Source of the DNA: an uncultured Rhodobiaceae bacterium
Lineage (GTDB): Bacteria > Pseudomonadota > Alphaproteobacteria > MED-G09
Length of the DNA: 52,649 bases
NCBI GenBank assembly: GCA_964557485.1
Contig: CAZLAN010000001.1
Coordinates: 1 to 52,649 of the forward strand
Direction of reading: 5' to 3'
Of this stretch, positions 46,946 through 52,649 are shown piece after piece. Within the stretch, counting starts at the first letter, position 1. Each line of letters begins with the position of its first letter. The notes beneath the pieces were generated by a model, which had not been told where the DNA came from, made no database searches, and saw only the letters and a list, made by a program, of their open reading frames with translations. The position numbers and the translations under genes are program-made.

Positions 46946-47758
46946 TCAATCCCACCTTGCATTTGGGGGCATTGACATTAAAATAGCTTCAGTATTGCCT
47001 CCTGTCTTTAATCCAAATTGTGTGCCTCTATCCCACAAAAGATTAAACTCGACATATCTTCCTCTTTTAAGGAGTTGTTTATGCTTCTCTTTTTTATTCC
47101 ATTCATTATCTTTTCTTTTATTAACAATATGAGGAACGACTTCTAAGAATGTTAAACCAACATCCTTAACAAAAGAAAAGTCGTTATTCCAGTTATCAGT
47201 AATTAAATGGTCGAAGAAAATTCCTCCTTCTCCTCTTTCTTCATTTCTGTGGGGTAAGAAGAAATATTCCGAACAATTTTTCTTAAAATCTGGATAATAA
47301 TTCTGATCATATTTATCGCATGCATACTTTAAAGCATTATGAAAATCTTCTACATCATCCTTATAAACAAATGTTGGAGTCATATCAGCACCACCTCCAA
47401 ACCAATGTTTTCCAGTGACTATAAAACGTGTATTAAAATGAAATGCAGGTACAAAAGGAGATTGCATATGAGCAACAATACTAAGACCACTTGCCCAATA
47501 TTCCGGTGACTCTTCTGTACCTGAAACATTGCTCCTGTAGTCTTCCTTAAATTCACCACTTACTGTAGAAATATTAACTCCTACTTTTTCAAATACTTTA
47601 CCCTTCATTATGCTAATTTCACCACCTCCGCTACCTGAGTGGCTCCATTCTTTTCTTTTAAAATTAGATCCATCAATAGACTCGAATTCTTTGCAGAAAT
47701 CATCCCTTAGGCTTCTAAACCATGAACTAGCTAATTTTTTCTTTTCTTCAATCTCCAA
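46946..47758 (-). CDS. hemF: Oxygen-dependent coproporphyrinogen-III oxidase
   Basis: GGGEISIMKG, SIVAHMQSPFVPAFHFNTRF, WFGGGADMTP, RGEGGIFFD, YVEFNLLWDRGTQFGL, and ILMSMPP. Confidence 0.93.
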   Translation of the reverse strand: MEIEEKKKLASSWFRSLRDDFCKEFESIDGSNFKRKEWSHSGSGGGEISIMKGKVFEKVGVNISTVSGEFKEDYRSNVSGTEESPEYWASGLSIVAHMQSPFVPAFHFNTRFIVTGKHWFGGGADMTPTFVYKDDVEDFHNALKYACDKYDQNYYPDFKKNCSEYFFLPHRNEERGEGGIFFDHLITDNWNNDFSFVKDVGLTFLEVVPHIVNKRKDNEWNKKEKHKQLLKRGRYVEFNLLWDRGTQFGLKTGGNTEAILMSMPPNARWD

Positions 47759-47772
47759 AATAAACCTCTAGA

Positions 47773-48819
47773 TTAACTAAAAATTTTTCTAATATTTTCG
47801 ATAAAATAATGAACATTTTTTTCAGGAGTTTCCTTTAAAATTCCATGTCCTAATCCACAAACCCAACCCGCTCTATCATTTTCATTTGTATTTTGCAATT
47901 GATCAACATATACGGCAAAATCTTTTTTAAATTCTTCATGACTTTTAACCATACTTTCTTGATTAAAATTTCCTTGAATGAAGCCATAATTAATCTCTTT
48001 CAACCATTTAGTTATTGATAATCGGTGATCTACTCCTAAACCAGCCAAACTAGTATTTTCATCATTTAATTTTTCTATAAAAAATTTATTATCAAATGGG
48101 GCTTTTGAATAATATCCAATTCTCTTAGGAAATTCTTTAATTAATTCTATATATAATAATTCTGAATATTTTCTATAATTTTCATTATCTGAAATACTTT
48201 TAGCATCTGTATCGAAAATCATAACTAATTCTGCTCCTGAATTTAATTGAAGTGAAATATTATATTTAATTAATGGCATTATCTTTTCTAAAAGAACTTT
48301 ATTAACAAACACATTAGAATAATTATCTTTATATTTAATACCCTTATTCAAACCAAGCCCATATGAAAGCACCGTCCAAGGACCCCCAACAAACCCTATT
48401 AGACTTTTATTATTTGGAAGCAAATCTCTAGTTGATAGTAATGCCTCTTCCTGAAATTTCATTTTCTTTATTGCCTCATCGGGAGAAATTAATTCATGAT
48501 AATTATTTTTATCAATATAATTTTTAAAAATTGGACCAGGATCATATCTTAGCGACATACCAAGAGCCTCTAAAGGAAATAAAATATCACTAAATAAAAT
48601 TGCTACATCAAAATCAAAGTCATCTATAGGCCCCAAAGCAGTATCTGCGGCTAATTCTGGATTTTTACATAATTCTTCAAAAGAATAATTTTGTTTCAAA
48701 TTTTGATAATGCGAATGATATCTTCCTGCCTGCCTCATAAACCATATAGGTGGTGTCTTTTGTGAAATATGCTTTAAGGCATTATTAAATTTTTCATTAT
48801 AAATTTTCATCAATTTCAC
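47773..48819 (-). CDS. hemE: Uroporphyrinogen decarboxylase
   Basis: PPIWFMRQAGRY hallmark. FDVAILFSDIL and GFVGGPWT blocks. Confidence 0.9.
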   Translation of the reverse strand: MKLMKIYNEKFNNALKHISQKTPPIWFMRQAGRYHSHYQNLKQNYSFEELCKNPELAADTALGPIDDFDFDVAILFSDILFPLEALGMSLRYDPGPIFKNYIDKNNYHELISPDEAIKKMKFQEEALLSTRDLLPNNKSLIGFVGGPWTVLSYGLGLNKGIKYKDNYSNVFVNKVLLEKIMPLIKYNISLQLNSGAELVMIFDTDAKSISDNENYRKYSELLYIELIKEFPKRIGYYSKAPFDNKFFIEKLNDENTSLAGLGVDHRLSITKWLKEINYGFIQGNFNQESMVKSHEEFKKDFAVYVDQLQNTNENDRAGWVCGLGHGILKETPEKNVHYFIENIRKIFS

Positions 48820-50338
48820 CTGAATTTTTCATTGCTTTTAGCGCATCATCATAAGAAAGAAATACATTTATATTATTTTCTTTTACATATTTTTTTATAG
48901 TTTTTAATGTATTGCCAGGTCCGCAAGCATGTTGAGCATTAATGATATTTGGAAAATTTTTTAAAGCCAATTTAAATGCTGATCCACTCATCCAATAAAA
49001 ATGACTTTTCTTATTTAGATCTTCGCTAATGGGAATAGGATTTAATTCATAAGTTGAAATTATTTTAGCACTATTAGGTGTTTTATTTAATTTAAAATAA
49101 TTTTTTTGAGTTCTGGTGTGAGTTAACTTTACCCATTTTTTATTTGAGGTAAGGCAACCTATTTTTGGATCCTCCTCACCCAAACTATCGGATGTCCCAT
49201 TTACCCAATATCCTTTATCAGCCAATTTTGACCAAGTTTTTACGCCGCTCGTCCAAAGAACATTAGATGAATGAATATATTTATTTTTTTGTAACGCGTT
49301 TTCTCTACTTATATATATATTTGTATTCTTAAGTTTATTAGTCTTATTGATATTTTTATAAATAATTTTTCTATCGAATAACTTATAATTCTCTATATTA
49401 GATGGAAAAAAATTCTTTCTTTCAACATTTTTCCATGTACCAATTTTATTGTTTTCAATTTCTCTTTTTTTAAGATCTAACCCTTCTTCAGTTTGACCCT
49501 TTAATGTAAGAATTTTTCCAAAATCCTTACTTTCTATACTTACACCAATTTTCTGATGACATCCTCCTCCGTAATTTTGAAGTATCTCTCTTTCTCTTTT
49601 AACAACAGTATTAGTCTCAGAGTGATTAATTTTTGAAACTAGATCAATAATATCTTTTCTTTTTGAGTTAACTTCAACAGCTATTGCTCCTTGACCAGGA
49701 GCACACGGGTTTAGAGATAAAGGTACAACCATCCATAAAAAATTATCAATTTTTGATCGAATTTCTTTTGATGTATTATCTTTCCCATAATAAATAAGTC
49801 TATCAATTGCTGCTTTAGCAACTATAAGGCCATGACAATTTCCGTTTACTAATTTATTTAACCTAGTAGGAATATTTCCCCTTACATCCTCAAAAGATAT
49901 TTTTTTGGTTTTAAAAGGTAACAATAAGTCTAGGAATTTTGAAAAATTATGAGTTCTTCTTGGTGATGATGTAAGAATTTTTAACTCAGTATCATTATAC
50001 TTATCAAAAGAATTTTTTTTTAGGAATAACATATCTCTAGAATCTGCGCGTTCTAATATAGAAATTATCGATGTATCTTCTTGTTCCTCAATCGGCAAAT
50101 CTTTCAAGGAGTGAACAGCAATATCTGCCTCATTTTTCAAAAGAGCTTCTCTTATGTCATTTGTAAAAACACCGATATTAGAAAGATTGCTTAGAGAGGT
50201 TAATTGATCAATATCTCCTTCTGTTTCTTTATTGATAAAAGATATTTTAATTTTTTTATCAATATTTTTCAGCTCTTTAGCTACAATCTTAGCTTGAATA
50301 ACTGCTAAATCACTTTTTCTGGAAATTATTTTAATCAT
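48797..50338 (-). CDS. hemC: Porphobilinogen deaminase fused to a C-terminal extension of about 200 aa, likely uroporphyrinogen-III synthase (HemC-HemD fusion)
   Basis: The first roughly 300 aa carry RKSDLAVIQA, DIAVHSLKDLP, RGNIPTRL, PAPGQGAIAVE and the cofactor Cys in YGGGCHQKIG. The C-terminal part is weakly HemD-like by eye (FYWMSGSAF, ACGPGNT). The hemC call is firm. The hemD call is tentative. Confidence 0.7.
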   Translation of the reverse strand: MIKIISRKSDLAVIQAKIVAKELKNIDKKIKISFINKETEGDIDQLTSLSNLSNIGVFTNDIREALLKNEADIAVHSLKDLPIEEQEDTSIISILERADSRDMLFLKKNSFDKYNDTELKILTSSPRRTHNFSKFLDLLLPFKTKKISFEDVRGNIPTRLNKLVNGNCHGLIVAKAAIDRLIYYGKDNTSKEIRSKIDNFLWMVVPLSLNPCAPGQGAIAVEVNSKRKDIIDLVSKINHSETNTVVKREREILQNYGGGCHQKIGVSIESKDFGKILTLKGQTEEGLDLKKREIENNKIGTWKNVERKNFFPSNIENYKLFDRKIIYKNINKTNKLKNTNIYISRENALQKNKYIHSSNVLWTSGVKTWSKLADKGYWVNGTSDSLGEEDPKIGCLTSNKKWVKLTHTRTQKNYFKLNKTPNSAKIISTYELNPIPISEDLNKKSHFYWMSGSAFKLALKNFPNIINAQHACGPGNTLKTIKKYVKENNINVFLSYDDALKAMKNSGEIDENL

Positions 50339-50453
50339 TTTCCTACTAAATTATTTTATGCTTAGAGTTATTCTAACTAATTTGCCATAACTATGCGACA
50401 TATTGTCTAAAGAATTTAAAAAAATATGCTTTTTATTATTTATGTTTATACAA

Positions 50454-51728
50454 ATGAATGCTAGTTCTAACCATACTCATAAGGAGGAACTTTTGGATTA
50501 CGACAGTTTTTTTAAAGAAGAGCTAAAAGCACTTAAAGATGAAGGTCTTTACAGAACCTTCCGTTCAATAGATAGGGTTCAAAATATGTTTCCGAAAGCT
50601 CTTGAAATTTTAGATGGAAATGACCGAGAGGTAGAAATATGGTGCTCAAATGATTATCTTAATATGAGTCAAAATCCAGAAGTCTTAGATTCTTGCATTA
50701 ATGTAATCAATAAACTAGGTACTGGCTCAGGAGGAACTAGAAATATATCTGGAACCTCAACTTATCATGTACTATTAGAAGAAACGCTTGCAGAACTTCA
50801 TAATAAAGAAGCCGCATTAGTTTTCCCATCTGCTTATACTGCAAATCAAGCTACAATAGCTACTTTATGTAGAAATATTGAAAATATTGAAATATTTTCA
50901 GACAGATTAAATCATGCCTCCTTGATAGAAGGAGTTAGAAATAGTAAAGCTCAATATCATATATTTGAACATAATGATATGGAACACCTTACTAGCCTTT
51001 TAGAAACAACAGATATTAATACACCTAAATTAATAATATGCGAATCTATTTACTCTATGGAAGGTATAAGATCTCCCTTAAAAGAAATAGTTAATTTAGC
51101 TCAAAAATTTAACGCAATGACTTACTTAGATGAAGTTCATTCTGTTGGCTTATATGGAAACGAAGGAAGAGGAATTGCAGACGAGCTTGGTTTAAGTGAT
51201 GATATTGATATTATTAATGGGACTCTATCAAAATCTTTTGGGCAACTGGGTGGTTATGTTGCTGCTAAAGCGGATATCATTGATTATATAAGAAGCTTCG
51301 CCTCTGGTTTTATATTTACATCATCAATTAACCCGTCAATTGCTGCCGCTTCTATAAAAAGTATTGAACTAACTAAAGAATCAGAAACTTTAAGATTAAG
51401 GATAAGAAGAAATTCAAAATTTATAAGAGAAGGTTTAAAATCTATTCAAGTGCCTTTTATAGATAATGATAGTCATATAATTCCAATTTTAGTTAAAGGT
51501 CCATTAGAATGTAAACAAATATCAAAACTTCTATTAGATAAATTTGGTATTTATATTCAACCAGTATTTTATCCTACAGTTCCAAAAGGGGATGAAAGAT
51601 TAAGGGTTACAATAACACCTAAACACTCAAAGAAAGATATTGATAGTTTTGTAAATTCAATAGATGAAGCTTGGAATATTCTAGGTTTTGATCGAGTAGA
51701 AGAAACAATAATTCAAAAACAGATATAA
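50454..51728 (+). CDS. hemA: 5-aminolevulinate synthase
   Basis: [49 protein letters not shown], and the PLP lysine in GTLSKSFG. The start is uncertain among 50403, 50442 and 50454. I chose 50454 because family members normally begin shortly before the DY-x-x-FF block. Confidence 0.9.
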   Translation: MNASSNHTHKEELLDYDSFFKEELKALKDEGLYRTFRSIDRVQNMFPKALEILDGNDREVEIWCSNDYLNMSQNPEVLDSCINVINKLGTGSGGTRNISGTSTYHVLLEETLAELHNKEAALVFPSAYTANQATIATLCRNIENIEIFSDRLNHASLIEGVRNSKAQYHIFEHNDMEHLTSLLETTDINTPKLIICESIYSMEGIRSPLKEIVNLAQKFNAMTYLDEVHSVGLYGNEGRGIADELGLSDDIDIINGTLSKSFGQLGGYVAAKADIIDYIRSFASGFIFTSSINPSIAAASIKSIELTKESETLRLRIRRNSKFIREGLKSIQVPFIDNDSHIIPILVKGPLECKQISKLLLDKFGIYIQPVFYPTVPKGDERLRVTITPKHSKKDIDSFVNSIDEAWNILGFDRVEETIIQKQI

Positions 51729-51822
51729 AAAGGGGCCAAAATCTTGCGTTTACTACTAAAAGATTTTCAGAGGTGGTTAAATCTCTAATATGTCATTTCA
51801 TATAATACTCCTCTTTACCGTT

Positions 51823-52649
51823 CTAGAATGATGCCCTAATACCAGCTAGAACAGTTTGTGGTTTACCTGGTCTTTTACCTGCAGGGTGCCAAGATACTGC
51901 ATATTCTTCATCAAAAAGATTTTGAATATTTATTGTCACTTCAATCCCAGAATCTCGATCAGGTGAAAAATATGAACTAAAATCGACAACGGTTCTGTCT
52001 TCAATATTATAAGGATCGTTACCTGAACCACCTGAAGTGCGCATTTTATCTTTATAATTAACTGTAAAATCTAGACCCCAATTATCTGCATGAGCACTAA
52101 GAGTTAGATTTAATAAATTTTCAGGCATATAAGCAAATTCATCACCACTTTCTACTTCACCCCATAAACCATATCCACTTTTAAAACTATCTTGGAATTC
52201 AGTTTCTTGATATGTATATACAAGTGTCACAGGAGTTTCCATTCCAGTAATTAATGAAGGTAACCAAGCAACAGAAAGTTCTAAACCAGAAACTTCAGCT
52301 TCTCCTGCAGAGAATGAATCCCCAATATCACAATCGCCACCTGAAGATGCTGTGCATGTTCCAGTAAGATTTTCATAGTCACTCATAAAGCCTATTGCTG
52401 AAATACTAATTCTATGGCCAATATACCTTATTCCAAATTCAGAATTAGTGGATTCTTCAAAGTTAGCTGATTTAACTGAAGTAGGTGAAAACCCTTTATA
52501 AATGCCCGCAAGTATTTGGATAGCATCATTAGCCTGATAAGTAACGCCTATACTTGGCATTGTTTCATCGTAAGAAACTCCACTAATCTTTGGGTCACCT
52601 GCCCTGTTAGGGTCTTTTTTACCATAATCTACACGTCGGCTATCAATAT
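51823..52649 (-). CDS. TonB-dependent receptor, C-terminal barrel portion (N-terminus lies beyond the window)
   Basis: It ends in ...NLFDEEYAVSW...LAGIRASF with a terminal Phe. The frame stays open upstream of the ORF-track Met through to position 52649 (IDSRRVDYGKKDPNRAGDPKISGVSYDET-M...). Confidence 0.8.
   Translation of the reverse strand, partial: IDSRRVDYGKKDPNRAGDPKISGVSYDETMPSIGVTYQANDAIQILAGIYKGFSPTSVKSANFEESTNSEFGIRYIGHRISISAIGFMSDYENLTGTCTASSGGDCDIGDSFSAGEAEVSGLELSVAWLPSLITGMETPVTLVYTYQETEFQDSFKSGYGLWGEVESGDEFAYMPENLLNLTLSAHADNWGLDFTVNYKDKMRTSGGSGNDPYNIEDRTVVDFSSYFSPDRDSGIEVTINIQNLFDEEYAVSWHPAGKRPGKPQTVLAGIRASF

Noticed and set aside
51738-51767. An AAAATCTT ... AAGATTTT inverted repeat between the convergent hemA and receptor genes, as a bidirectional terminator.
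   Set aside because: The stem is 8 bp and entirely A/T-rich apart from one C-G pair, the loop is 14 nt, and there is no flanking T-run. It is too weak to call.

Overview
This is an AT-rich, very tightly packed bacterial chromosome segment. It looks most like a streamlined marine alphaproteobacterium. That call is inference only, from gene content: 5-aminolevulinate synthase, HemJ, an ELM1-family protein, and a DUF3035 lipoprotein next to lspA. I support about 50 protein genes, one complete tRNA (anticodon CAT), one truncated tRNA (probably Gln) and several rho-independent terminators.

Layout from left to right:
- two paralogous small membrane proteins, then a tandem pair of TonB-dependent receptors
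- glyoxalase I, an SDR, and an OmpR/HisKA two-component pair
- a CoA-transferase convergent with a NitT/TauT-type ABC operon that also carries a nitroreductase
- housekeeping genes: frameshifted trxB, a short degenerate mutL-like gene, ribF-ileS-lspA, mnmA, cysQ
- two tandem quinohaemoprotein PQQ alcohol dehydrogenases
- a three-gene MotA/ExbB-like operon with non-canonical partners
- an oxidative cluster of amidohydrolase, two P450s, SDRs and a ThuA-like protein, plus an orphan form-II CoxL-like molybdoenzyme
- a haem supercluster: hemJ, hemF, hemE, a hemC-hemD-like fusion, and a divergent ALA synthase
- a third, partial TonB-dependent receptor at the right edge

I saw no rRNA, CRISPR array, transposase, integrase, or recognisable phage or defence genes.

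The best candidate for an undescribed system is the MotA/ExbB-like triad at 35463-37253. Other points worth a second look:
- an lspA gene absent from the ORF track because it has no canonical start codon
- the interrupted trxB
- the decayed MutL
- the P450 cluster, which has no redox partner
- palindromic shared stop codons at every overlapping convergent gene pair

All functional calls rest on motif recognition by eye. No searches were run.
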